Shown: piece after piece, positions 51,931 to 63,639 of the stretch | Layout: each line of letters opens with the position of its first letter | Position numbering within the stretch: the first letter of the stretch is position 1 | Assembly: GCA_964252035.1 (NCBI GenBank) | Contig: OZ176211.1 | DNA: 64,000 nt | Direction: 5' to 3' (one strand) | Source of the DNA: Podarcis erhardii | Lineage: Eukaryota | Notes under the pieces: generated by a model | Database searches by the model: none | The model's input: the letters and a program-made list of their open reading frames with translations, nothing else | What the model was told of the DNA's origin: nothing | Made by a program: the position numbers and the translations under genes

Positions 51931-52025
51931 TTATTTATACCCCGCCCATCTGGCTGGGCCTTCCCAGCCACTCTGGGCGGCTTCCATAGAAACAAAAAAT
52001 ACACTAAAATATCACGGGTGGTTTT
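51780..52025. mobile_element. Two opposed L2 fragments joined through an (AGT)n(AAT)n microsatellite (51868-51929)
   Basis: A + strand piece encodes YYCNVFHVGLPLKMTWKLQLVQDRA (L2 RT). A minus-strand L2 3' end starts at ~51930. Confidence 0.8.
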
Positions 52026-53332
52026 TTTTTGCAATGATACATTTTTATTTATACAAACTTAAAAAATAAATAAAAAGAAGCTTCCATTGCACACCAACAT
52101 TTTTTAAAAAGCCTAAATGTTGCAAGTGGAGGACAGTGATTTTCAAGGAGGAGCTGTCCGCTCTGCTGTCATCCCAAATTGTCCCTCCCATGCCAATTAG
52201 GCCCTTTAAAAACCTGATGTAGGATGCAAGCATATATTTATTGTTAGCCCTGCCCTGCAGCATGCAACAGTTCCAAGGTGGGAATTAAACCATGTTAATG
52301 CATAAGCATTAAATGGGAAGGTTATTCTGTTCTCTTCCACCTAATCCACGTAGAAGATGGAAGTATGAACAGGCAGCAAAATGCAAAAAGGGGTTATCAA
52401 AGCACAAAACATTGACAGAGCAGCCCAGCAAGGACTGAGCGCATTCAGTGGCCACATGGTGCTGAGTGGCTGGGAGAAGGAAATATTCTAGAAAAGGCAG
52501 ACACCCAGAAATAGCACTTTACTGAGACATGAGTTAGAACTCTTATAACCCCTGGTTTTAAAACATTGGTTGCCAGTTTATTTCCTGGCCCAATTCAAGG
52601 TGCTCAACAACTTAGGCCCCAAAGATCTGAGAGACTGAATATTGAACCTTTTGGGTGTCACGAGCAGCAGAGGGCTCTCTCGGTAGTTCCACTGCTCAAA
52701 GAAGTTCAGCGTGGCAGCAGCCCAAGAGATGGTCTTCTTTGTGGCAGCCCCTAAGTTGCAAAACTCCCTCCCCACATAGATGAGTCTAGCAACTTCTTTT
52801 TTTGTAAACCACTTTGAGGGGAGTTTTTTTTAAAAAAAATAAACAATCAAGTGGTGTATACATTTTAATGAAAATAATAATAAATATATAGATTTCATGG
52901 TGTGCTGAAGATGCACCGCTTTACCCTGGGGTCCCTGAGGTGCATATTTAGGGGACCCAGCCTGTTCTCGTGATTGCAACTTGTTCTAAACCATTTTGAC
53001 ATGGTATCCTAAAATGTTGCGACCTGCCCTGGGACCACAGGGTGAAAGGCAGGTAATAAATCAAACTAATAATAATAATAATAACAGCCACATGGAGGCG
53101 GTGGGTGGAGCCAATGCCAGCAATGGGTGGGGCAGCTCATCCTCTCTTGTCACTCGCTTCTCTCACTGTCTGCCTGTCTCTGTCACCTCCTCTTCCCATC
53201 TTTGCCCACCTGCATGAAATCAGGCTAAGGGCAACATGCGCCCTCCCATACTCGTTATTTTATTTATTTATTTATAAACTCATATGCAATATCAAGGCGG
53301 TGCACAACAATATGCACAATAAAACGTAAAAC

Positions 53333-53537
53333 ACCTGGGTGATATATCAATATATTGTCCAACAAATGGTTTGAAGTCTGTATCTTGATATTGGTTTCAT
53401 AATTTTTGACCTGGCAATATATCATGAATCATGGTGTGGGTGTGCGTGCGCACGCTATGCAAAAATCACAATGTGGGGAAAACCATGAAACTGGTGATAT
53501 ATTGTGATGTTGAAAACCAGATATCGCCCAGGCCTAG
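53333..53537. mobile_element. Degenerate DNA-transposon MITE
   Basis: Termini CCTGGGTGATAT / ATATCGCCCAGG. Confidence 0.6.
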
Positions 53538-53795
53538 TATAGAAACAATATGAAGGTCACCTCAACCTTTCAGATGTTTCTGGACTCCAACTCCCATCTG
53601 TCCCAGTCAACATGGATAAAGCTCAGGGAACATGGGAGCTAAGATCTAGTACCACCTGAAGGACCACAATGTCTGTGAAGGAAGCCTCCCCTGTAATGTG
53701 GGGACTGAGACTAGGTGAGCCAACCCTAAGTTCCTGACTGAGGTAAGGTTTGGACTGTAGATTTTTCTGGTTCAATCAGAGGAGCAGCTCCTCTC

Positions 53796-54151
53796 AAAAG
53801 AGGAGACTGAGAGCAGATATAATAGCCACCTTCAAATATCTAAAGGGCTGTCCAATGGAAAGAGGAGCAAGCTTGTATTTTCCTGCTCCGGAGGGTAGGA
53901 CCCAAACCAATGGATTCAAATTACAAGAAAAGCGATGCCAAATAAACATCAGGAAGAACTTTCTGATGCTAAGAGCTGTTCAACAGTGGAATGGACTCCC
54001 ATAAGAGGTGGTGGACTCTCCTTCCTTTTGAGTTTTTTAAGCAGAGGTTGGATTGCTACTTGTCAGAGATGCTTTAGTTGAAATTCCTGCGTTGCAGGAG
54101 GTTGGTAACTGTCAGTGTCCCTTCCAGCTCTGCAGTTCTATGATTCTATGA
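53796..54151 (+). mobile_element. CR1 LINE 3' end
   Basis: KRRLRADIIATFKYLKG...RTQTNGFKL...IRKNFL..RAVQQWNGLP, ending in a TTCTATGATTCTATGA tail. Confidence 0.92.
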
Positions 54152-55579
54152 CTGAATCACAGCTGAGTCTGTTAGGCTGTTGTGCTTTTCTACCTGCCAT
54201 TGCCCTTCTGGGCTTTAAAATGGGTTGGGTGGAGGGGGAAAAAAAAAAAGGAAAAGAAGAAGGAAACAGGGGGAGATGGCTAATTATGCTAATATAAATC
54301 CAGCAGATGGCAACCATTTAACAATTCTCCTCCGAGGCAGTTTTTGCATTATTCTTAAGATACGGGTGCTGGAAGTCACACCTGTGCCTGAAGATGGATG
54401 AAAGCACACTGTGCCAATGCAGTAATACATCTGAATGTCTTGGAGAGGAAATGTCCTATGCACAATGTGTCGGCTTTCTCCGCAAAACACACTTCATTAT
54501 CATCCCTTGAACTTCAGCATTTTCAGAGAAGGGAGTGCCTAGCGACCAGGTTTGAGACTGGAGCAGATTTGCCAGTACACCTGCATGTACTTAAATCTTG
54601 TTGATCCTAAACATTTGCTTTAAGGAGAGTGGGAGTTGGTGGGGAAATCCTTTCAGACAGTTCTGTTACAAAACAATTGCTTCCTTAAAGGGAGGGGGGA
54701 CAGTTAACTGCCAGAGATTGCTCCCGTCGCTTGAGAAACCAATTCAGCTGGCCAGCCACGGAAAATGTGCTTTATAAAAAGGTTAGATTCGAAATGGACA
54801 GAGAGGCAACAGCTTTTTGTTCCCTCTGCGATGCTGAGGTTTGGAACGTGGCAAATCTATGTCCTCTTTGTGCACTGAAGAGAACATTATAGAGCCGTTT
54901 GTGCAGCCGGAGAGTTAACTGAATGGTGCCTGGTTGAAACACAGCCATTTATCTTGCTAAAATGACACAAACTTCATTAGAGCGAACTGTCACACAGCTT
55001 CCCTCCTGATTAGTGATATGGCTCCACCAAATAGATGGAATTTAGTCAGACTGCAATGACTCTATAGTGTCCAGAGGAGACAGTTATACTTCATCTTCTA
55101 TTAAACCAGAATAATTACTTCCTGGCTTTCTTTTCCAACAGCTTCCTTTAATACCAATGGATCTTGGTGTTTGCTTTTAGCTGGCACTTCTGAATTCTAT
55201 TGTCTGGATAGTGGCATTTCAATCTCTTTGGTTTTCACAACAATACTCCCCCCTCCCCCCCCCTTCTTGATAACTCTGACCCTTTTTTATTATTCTATTT
55301 TCTTGATCGTGTTTAAAGTAGCAATTAACAGCACAAGCATAACCATGTCTACTCAAAAGTAAGCGCTATTGAGGACTGGAGTGATAGTTCTGTTGTATTA
55401 TGGCAGTGGACAAAGCTGAAGTGTAACTATTGAATAAATGTGTTTTTAATTAAAAATTAAAAAACTAAGCCCTATTGAATTCAATAGGGCTTACCCCTAG
55501 GTAAGTGGGGTAAGTTTGAAAATAACAAAGTGGAATCCTGCTGAGCCATATCCCACCCTTCATTCAGACCTTCCTCAAA

Positions 55580-56165
55580 GGAGGTCCTGGGCTGCCCAGA
55601 TGACAAGACTAATGTGGTCCAAAGGAGAGCAGAACAATACATTTGGCACCAGCCTGGCTGCAGGAGCTGCCAGAGGGAGGCAGACAAGACACCATAAAAC
55701 CACTCTGGATTTGTGTAGGGCTTACTCAGCCTTTTCTTCTCCGGAAGATATTCTGCAAGGCAGCAGAGGTTTAGGATCAGAGTTTTCCTTCTCCTAGATG
55801 GGCTACCTTCCCAGGTTGACAAGCCACATCTGCCCCTCACTTCCCTCTACAGCATGTGCAGAAACCACCTTCTTGACCGTTGGACACACTCTTGGTCTAG
55901 TCTGCTCAATCTGTAGGAGCCTGTCTTCACATGTAGGGAAGTCCCTAACTCACCAAGGGTTTGAGACCCATCAGCTACCCTCACCTGGTTTAGCCAGCCA
56001 ATCAAAACCATTTCCCGGGGTGTGACCGCTGTCGCATGCTGACAGCTTCTAGGACCCACAGGTGATAGCTGAGTACACAGTAGGGACCAAAGGGAAAAAC
56101 TACTCCAGAAGGAGCATGTGTGCCCCGCCAGAGGTACTACCCCTCCCCTAACATCCCTTACACCA
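55580..56165 (-). mobile_element. RTE-LINE 5'-UTR fragment, extending further 5' than the other two copies
   Basis: Reverse homologue of the 10-kb and 37-kb copies, plus the upstream GCTGTCAGCATGCGACAGCGGTCACACCCCGGG...AAACCAGGTGAGGGTAGC motif. Confidence 0.7.
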
Positions 56166-56166
56166 C

Positions 56167-56194
56167 TTACTACTACTACTACTACTACTACTAC
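56167..56194. repeat. (TAC)n microsatellite
   Basis: Read directly from the sequence. Confidence 0.9.
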
Positions 56195-56239
56195 GAGCAG
56201 TATGTAAGGCAGCTTTCAAACAGCCCCATATTGCTCTTT

Positions 56240-56540
56240 GACTTCTTGTCGAGGGCCTTCTGGTGGTTCCCTCATTGCGAGAAGCAAAGCTACAGGGAAC
56301 CAGGCAGAGGACCTTCTTGGTAGTGGCACCTGCCCTGTGGAACGCCCTCCCACCAGATGTCAAAGAGAAAAACAACTACCTGACATTCAGAAGACATCTT
56401 AAGGCAGCCCTGTTCAGGAAAGTATTTAATGTGTGACATCTTAGTGTATTTTGGGTCTTTGTGGAAGCCGCCCAGAGTGGCTGGGGAAACCCAACCAGAT
56501 GGGCGGGGTACAAGTAATAAATTATTATTATTATTATTAC
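56240..56540 (+). mobile_element. L2-clade LINE 3' end
   Basis: GCCCTGTGGAACGCCCTCCC...GATGGGCGGGGTA followed by an (ATT)n tail. Confidence 0.88.
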
Positions 56541-57635
56541 TACTGTACTATAAGTTCTTTGTGCTCATTGCATGAGATTCAATCATTTCAGTGTTTAATT
56601 TAATTTTATTTTCTCCAGACAGCTTCTAGGGGGAAGGGGGGTGGGTAGAAGAGCAATATTGAAGAATGTAAGCTTTGGGTGTAGAGAAATCGAAAGTATT
56701 TTTAATACCAAGCCTGGGTTATCATTTCATGTTGATTCCATCCAGATAATAAAATCATTTATCATTCCAGTACCTGAGCTGATTCAATATTGGATGGAAA
56801 ATGCTGATGATTAATTCCATTGATTCCCCTGAAATACTGGAGTCCAGTCATGACTTCTTGCTTGTACGGTTTTCGATTTGGGGAGGGAGCAGTAATAAAT
56901 AAACCATTGATTACAAAATGGCCCAGACAATGCTTGACAGGCCTGATTTACACCTGTAGCTCCTCTTGCTGCGCCTCGTTAATATGTTGCAACTGCTGTT
57001 GACAGAAGAGCATCTCGGCCGTGACACCCATGAGTAATGCTGCAAGTTAGTCACTACAATGCATGCCAATTACACAGGGTATGCTTTCTACGGACGGTAG
57101 CTTATGCCAGATAAAAACTATTAACTAAATAAGCTAAGCCATCGGCATACATTGTCTATCACCTTATGTGAGAAAAACATCCATCATAAATCTCATACAG
57201 GGCCACACTGTATATGAAGGTAGGGCTGCACGCAGTCATTAAACCCTCCATAAATCAACAGCGTTACAGAAATATTATGCTGTGCTACTCCCCCGCCCCC
57301 TTGATTCTACCTTTCCGTAAATTGCTAACGCCTTCCCAGTATTCTGTTAGGAAGGAGCGAGGTGGAGCTTGCTGAGTTAGGCGGGAGAAATGTATCACAG
57401 CTTCCACACAAAAGATGGATTTGCTCACGTGTAAGAATAAGATAGGCTTCTTGAATTGTCATGGTTTATTGTGAGCAGTCACTGCCCACCTTATGGCATG
57501 GCATACATGTGCTCAGTGTAATTCAGCCTCTACTGGTGATAACTGCCTAGGTGGCACAGAGTGCACTCATAGGCTCTATCCCTTTGAAAAATAGATGGCA
57601 GGATGCCTTGAGTCTGATGCCTCTGAAGACAAGTA

Positions 57636-57861
57636 CAGTGGTACCTCTGGTTACGTACTTAATTCGTTCCAGAGGTCCATTTTTAACCTGAAACCCCTCT
57701 TAACCTGAAGCACCACTTTAGCTAATGGGGCCTCCTGCTGCCGCCTTGCTGCCGATGCACAATTTCTGTTTTCATCCTGGGGCAAAGTTCTTAACCCGAG
57801 GAACTACTTCCGGGTTAGCAGAGTCTGTAACCTGAAGCGTATGTAACCTGAGGTACCACTG
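57636..57861. mobile_element. Tc1/pogo MITE
   Basis: TA|CAGTGGTACCTC ... GAGGTACCACTG|TA. Homologous to 35277-35518. Confidence 0.92.
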
Positions 57862-58224
57862 TAGTATCCAGATTCTACCACCACTGTTGTCACAGTTCTT
57901 CTAACTTTAAGGAAATGAAATTCCCTGCCTGCGATCTGGGGTGCGAGGTTGCTCTAAACATCATGGCTGCAATGCTATGAAACACCACTCCCTCGTGCCT
58001 GAAAGCAGGTCTTTGCTAACTTGGGTCAATTGGAGCGCAGTTAAGACACAATTCAGGAAAACAAATCAGGTTTTTCATGACTAATGTAAAAGAAATGTGA
58101 CATCTGACTCAGAGTTCTAGAAACACAGGTAGCTGTCTCTGTGTCTATCAAGCTCTATATTGTCTATCCCAGGGTGCCTCTCATCAGCTTGAGGGATGCT
58201 CTTTCCCCACGGAGAACCTTTCCA

Positions 58225-58620
58225 GTCACTCTGGGCGGCTCCCAACAGAATATAAAAATACGATAAAACAAACATTAAAAACTTCCCTAAACAGGGTTGC
58301 CTTCAGATGTCTTCTAAAAGTCAGATAGTTTATTTCCTTGACATCTGATGGGAGGGTGTTCCACAGGGTGGGCGCCACCACCGAGAAGGCCCTCTGCCTA
58401 GTTTCCTGTAACCTCACCTCTCACAGTGAGGGAACCACCAGAAGGCCCTCGGAGCTGGACTGCAGCGTCTTTGGATTGAACAATGGGGGTGGAGACGCTC
58501 CTTCAGGTCTACTGGGCCGAGGGCCTTTAGGGCTTTAAAGATCAGCACCAACACTCTGAATTGTGCTCGGAAACGCACTGGGAGCCAATGTAGGTTTTTC
58601 AGGACCAGTGTTATTATTGG
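58225..58620 (-). mobile_element. L2-clade LINE 3' fragment
   Basis: Encodes ITLVLKNLHWLPVRFRAQFRVLVLIFKAL and RAFSVVAPTLWNTLP, typical of the L2 RT C-terminus. Confidence 0.9.
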
Positions 58621-59575
58621 CAGGGCAAAGAAGCAGCCCATCCAGGTGTAAAACACTTGAGGATAGATCAGAGCAGGGCTGTTGAGGGGCACAGCCTGGG
58701 AATATGGGTGTGGCCTGAGGAAAGCCCTAAGGGCCAGACAGAAAGGGCCGGAGATCCGCATTTATTCTCCTTTCACACCCACCAGGCTTAGGCTCCGCAT
58801 CCCTGCTCTACACTGGATGGCAGTGGCTTTCCAAGGTTTCAGGTAGGAAGCATTTTCCAATCTTACCTGGAGTTGCCAGGGATGGAACCTGGGGACTTTT
58901 TACATGCAAAGCTCAGGCTCTTACTAAGGAGCTACAGCCCAGCAGACAAACAGTTAGTATCAGTATGTGTTGGATGGTACAAGTTGGAATATTTGTTGGG
59001 CTAGGTACTTTGTAGACTTATTTGCAAGGCCTGACATACTAGGAAACACACACACACACACACACACACACCAGTGTTGTCAACTATACAACACTGAAAA
59101 GCATTCATTTTTACTGCAATTATTATGGGTGTATCACACCAATAGCAGCTCTTGCTAGAGAGCTGCTGCAGTTAAATCTAGCGATGTTCTACTAAATATT
59201 ACTCTTCCCTTTTTCTTTTAACGATGTAACTATATGCCTGCCATGCCTGAATTCTTCATGCTTCTGAGCCAGAATAAAGCACAAGAATATGTAATGTTCA
59301 ATGTGCATCACCATGTAAAATCAGGCAAAAATCAAGACTGTGAAGCAGGCAGGCTAGAGAGATGGCCAGCCTTGCATTAACGCCAGTGCTGTACATCTGC
59401 TATGCATTTTTAATCTATTTAAATAATGCAGGCTTTTACTCACAGGAAGAAGCTTCCAAAAGCAAATAATGAGAACACCTAATTTAAGGAGGAAAACATA
59501 CAAATGAGCATGTCATGTTTATTTACTTCTTTCAAAAAAGGAAAAATCTGCTCATTCACATCACTGTTAACCTTA

Positions 59576-59745
59576 TTACATCAAAAATGCTGCATGAAGG
59601 ATTGCTTTGCAGTAGCATTCATACATGAGTTTGTGTTTTTTTAAAGATGCAGAAGCAGAAAATGGTTTGTCTCCATCATTCCATTTTCCTGTCAAGTGAT
59701 TCTTGCTCAACTCTTCCAGTTCCTTGATCCTTTTTGCCAGTGTGG
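59576..59745 (-). CDS. Candidate terminal coding exon C (TLAKRIKELEELSKNHLTGKWNDGDKPFSASASLKKHKLMYECYCKAILHAAFLM*)
   Basis: Acceptor gtttttgccattttgcaag| gives a phase-1 start compatible with exon B. TAA at 59578-59576, with minus-strand AATAAA at 59523-59518. An alternative acceptor lies at 59774. Confidence 0.45.
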
Positions 59746-60222
59746 CTTGCAAAATGGCAAAAACATGCACGAGCCTAGTTAGAATGGTAACTGCATCTCA
59801 ACCAATCAGATTTATTTCCTCTGCACCAAGTCCCACCTCTCATCTCCCCATTTTTCGGGCTATCTTGTTCATTAGGTAATCTTATCCGAAAGCTTGCCCA
59901 AACACCCAGTAGGCACACCCTGCAGCATTTAAACTGAACATGTTTTCCACCAACAGTTGGAAATAATTGCTATTATTACAGCATAATTATGCAGCCATCA
60001 GCATGCATAAAGAAAGCAGTGCCTTATGCCCAAACTGACAATTTTGTTTAAATAGGACTTAAGGTGTGTCAAATATTCATTAAGGAGTTTGCTTTTGTGA
60101 AAATACAGATTGAATAAGGACATGATCCACTGCATTAAATGTGGACTTGTTTAACATTCCAACTCCACCTGTGAGGATATAAAATATATTTGTTTGTTTT
60201 AAAGGCCACAAAGAAAACCTAC

Positions 60223-60343
60223 TGATATTGAAGAAGTTGGAGAGGATGGATGATGCTGCAGCAAGGTGAAGTTCCATCTTTTCGTTTTGTATCTCTGTGT
60301 GTTGGCTCATCACTGTGAGCAAGTGGAAATCCTGATGGAAAAC
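60223..60343 (-). CDS. Candidate coding exon B (VFHQDFHLLTVMSQHTEIQNEKMELHLAAASSILSNFFNI)
   Basis: Acceptor tttgtttgtttatccag| and donor ATCA|GTAGGT. 121 nt, phase 0 in and phase 1 out, inside the open frame 60080-60409. Confidence 0.5.
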
Positions 60344-60605
60344 CTGGATAAACAAACAAAATCTTAGGAAAGTGTTGAAATTTACATAGGGTAGTGATGG
60401 GCAAATCATTTTTCCAATCTCAAGTTTAGTGCTTCACATTTCCACATTAGTTTGCAATTTTTTAAAAGGCAGTCCTCCTTAAAACTCATCAGCATTCTGG
60501 TGCAAATTTGTCTCAATATATACATTTTTTCTATGCAACTTTGCCTAATGAACAATTTATCGCAAACAAATTATCCTTAATATGAAGTATTTTTGTTATA
60601 ATAAT

Positions 60606-60996
60606 AATAAAAAAAAATTATTTATACCTTGCTCATTGGGCTGGGTTTCCCCAGCCCCTCTGGGCGGTTTCCAACAAAATTTTAAAATACAATGGTCTGT
60701 TAAACATTAAAAGCTTCCCTAAACAGGGCTGCCTTCAGATGTCTTCTAAAAGTCTGGTAGCTGTTTTTCTCTTTGACATCTGGTGGGAGGGCGTTCCACA
60801 GGGCGGGTGCCACTACCGAGAAGGCCCTCTGCCTGGTTCCCTGTAACTTGGCTTCTTGCAGCGGCGGAACTTCCAGAAGGCCCTTGGCGCTGGACCTCAG
60901 TGTCCAGGCAGAACAATGGGGGTGGAGACACTCCTACAGATATACTGGACCGAGGCCGTTTAGGGCTTTAAAGGTCACCACCAACACTTTGAATTG
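60606..60996 (-). mobile_element. L2-clade LINE 3' end with (TAA)n-type tail
   Basis: Homologous to 58225-58620 and 56240-56540, with a reversed tail at ~60598-60620. Confidence 0.88.
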
Positions 60997-62778
60997 TACA
61001 CAGTTTACTCTAGTAAGTGCATTTTTTTACACAGTGCTTATCCGAAGAACTGCACTGCAAACTTTGGAGAAGATCAAATTTCAAATAATGGTTGTGTTTC
61101 GGTTCTCATACTGTTTCGGAAAGTGTGAGGTAGGTATGTTTGTCTTTTAATGCGGACCGAATCAAATTTTTCCTGTACCTCTGAGCAATTAAGGGTGATT
61201 ATGTGGCTAATTTAAAACTGATTAATTTTCTTACACTGATATCCTACTTTTCATCCATCATGGAGCTTGGTTGGGGGAGAGGGAGCTTTTCATTCAAGCA
61301 GTAACCCAGGAACGTAGCATGGTGAGGGGCTGCCAGGGCCATTACCCTGGGTCCTTTTTCTGGAGAGTGAGCTGCTCATGCTGCCCACCCCCCCCCCGAG
61401 CCAGCCTTGTGCTGCTTTGTGAGATGAGGATCATTTCAGTTTCGCAAAGTGGCTCAGGAATGGTGTTTCTCTGTTGGCGTCTGCTGTAGATTGCTGCCAC
61501 CTGTAACTAGAATTAACACTGTGTCTCTCTATAAAAGCAAACATGGGATTACTGGTTGTTTACTACAGAATCCGCCATGTCACTTGTTCCATGTCTCTGA
61601 TACACAAAATATGGTATGTAGATCCATTGTTCAATATGCGTGTTATATGTTTTATTTCCTAATTTGTTAAAAAAACCCTATATTATTATGTTTATCTGTA
61701 TTATTTAGAGTATGCACGGCTGACGAAGCCCGGCAGGGCAAAATAAGGTATTATTCCAGGAATCCTTGTCTTAAGTTCTTTCGTCTGATACCTGCATACA
61801 GCAACTATATTTTGCAAAGGCATGTTAAGATCTTTCGTATCTTTCGTCTGATACCTGCATACAGCAACTATACTTTGCAAAGGCATATGTGGAACATTAC
61901 AAAGAACAAGTTCATTTTCTGCAAGTACTGCTTCTTAAAGTTGTCGCGTCTGACACTTGTATTCGTAAAGACCTACATGGAACACAAAAAAACTTCTATT
62001 TGGACATTACGTATATAAGAACTGATTTATTTGTATTTCCTGTTCAAAATATTGGTCTTTAATTGCTTCTACTTAATTTGATAATGTGAAAAGAGGTATG
62101 TTTATATGATGTATAAAGAATTTATATAGTTAAACACAGCCAGTTATGCTGTGGGTGTTATTGTTAGTTGGATTTACGTAACTATAGGTTTGATAGTGTT
62201 GTGTGTCTGTTGGCATCAGGTCTGGGCTGGCTCACGGCGGGCTCTGTTTGCCCTCTACACCCTGAGCGCCATCAAAACACGTTTTGCAGTGACCAAACCC
62301 CAGACCTGCTTAATTTCAGCAAGGCGGTGGCCTTGTGTTCCTTCAGACGACCCTCTGGGTGAAAGCCAATGAAATTTTGTGACTCCTACTTACCAATGGA
62401 AAAGCGGGCACCTTTTCATGCCTTAAAACTGCGCAAGGTGGGTACACCTTGTGCCTCTTTTTATGGGGTGGGAAAGAAGGAAACAGGAAGTAATTCAGCT
62501 GCACTCCTCATTGTTCCTCTTTATTGCCACATCTAAAATGGGTCTCAGATAAGGAACAGAGATATATGTGTAAAGCAATGGGGGGGCGTGGGGGGAGGGG
62601 CGTGGAAGAATCATCCCATTTGCCTTCTGTTTTGTCTCTCCTTGACAGCCACATGTGCAAATAGCAGCTCTTCCTCCTCTTTTAATGAGATTTCCTGATC
62701 TGAGGAGTTCCATAATCTCCCGAATGACAAAAAGGTGCCATCAGAAGATGGAAGGAAATATGAGAAAACAGGAAGTCC

Positions 62779-62783
<5 letters not shown>

Positions 62784-62836
<53 letters not shown>
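62784..62836. repeat. Compound microsatellite (CT)n(CA)n
   Basis: Read directly from the sequence. Confidence 0.95.
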
Positions 62837-62837
<1 letters not shown>

Positions 62838-63528
62838 TTTTTTAATGTTTTATTTAAGCATATTTACAAACAAGCAAACAATAAAGTACACACACCCATT
62901 GGACTCCCCTCCACCAGCACTCTTTGAGTCATTTAATCCAACAATCTTTGAGTCATTTAAGTTCTTATTTACATTGCATATTATTTATCACTGTAATTCT
63001 TTTATCGTACTATTATGGTATAACATCAAGTCACCTTACAAGCTTAGTCTAAACATATCAGCATGTTATCTTTAGAGCAGTGTTTGTTCATATATTCTTT
63101 GTACCATAACCACTGTGCCCTTAATTTCTGGTGTGTTTGATATCTTATTACTGCAGTTAATTTTGCCAGTTCTATAAACTCTGTTAGGGAAGTCCTGTTT
63201 CTTCTGACATCCTGTCACAGTGGACCTGGGAAGACTGGAGGAAAATATATGCATGCTCAAAAAAAAATCAAAACAGTAATTTACAAGCCGTTTAAGAAAG
63301 CGCCTGGAAAAATAATGTATTTTGTTGCAATTCTGTGAAATTCTAACATGGAAATAAATAAAATATATACATGATGTGACCCAAATGATATTCCTGTTGT
63401 CCCATTAATCATAATTAATGCATAAGCCCAATAATGTTATCTTTGGTTCCAGGTTCAGCAGCCCATAAATTTAACATGAGTGGCTCTTTTCACAGAGTGA
63501 ATCAGGTACTAGTCCTGTCTTCTCTCAC

Positions 63529-63639
63529 CCGCTTTTGTGCTTCTAAATTAGAAAACCCAAATGCCATTCCTTTCAGATACGAAGCAACCGTCAAGGTCAC
63601 TGTAAAGAGAATAGAGTAATTAACTTTCCAAGCAAGCGC
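63529..63639 (-). CDS. Candidate coding exon A of an unidentified minus-strand gene (ALAWKVNYSILFTVTLTVASYLKGMAFGFSNLEAQKR)
   Basis: Acceptor ctgtttctctacag| at 63639, with an alternative ctctttacag| at 63599. Donor CGG|GTGAGA at 63529. Open frame of 111 nt ending in phase 0. Protein not recognised. Confidence 0.4.

Noticed and set aside
54284-54604. Overlapping ORFs near 54.3-54.6 kb as further exons of the minus-strand gene
   Set aside because: No frame combines a convincing acceptor, donor and recognisable peptide.
55466-55493. 28-bp perfect palindrome TAAGCCCTATTGAATTCAATAGGGCTTA as a terminator or regulatory hairpin
   Set aside because: It resembles a dispersed small palindromic repeat seen degenerate at ~8.4, 15.0, 24.4 and 44.7 kb, so it is most likely a transposon remnant.
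58414-58761. ORFs at 51.7, 53.75, 56.1, 58.2-58.8 and 60.7 kb as genes
   Set aside because: They are L2 or CR1 reverse-transcriptase C-terminal remnants or microsatellite-driven frames.
60080-60409. A single-exon 109-aa protein
   Set aside because: It starts inside a polypyrimidine tract and continues past a good donor. Only the internal 60223-60343 segment looks exon-like.
62495-63260. Additional minus-strand exons between candidate exons A and B
   Set aside because: The frames compatible with a phase-0 entry hit stops, or lack a credible acceptor/donor pair.
59576-63639. Naming the candidate gene ABHD5, TOPAZ1, TCAIM or CFAP54
   Set aside because: I see no recognisable similarity to those proteins' C-termini, so no symbol is given.
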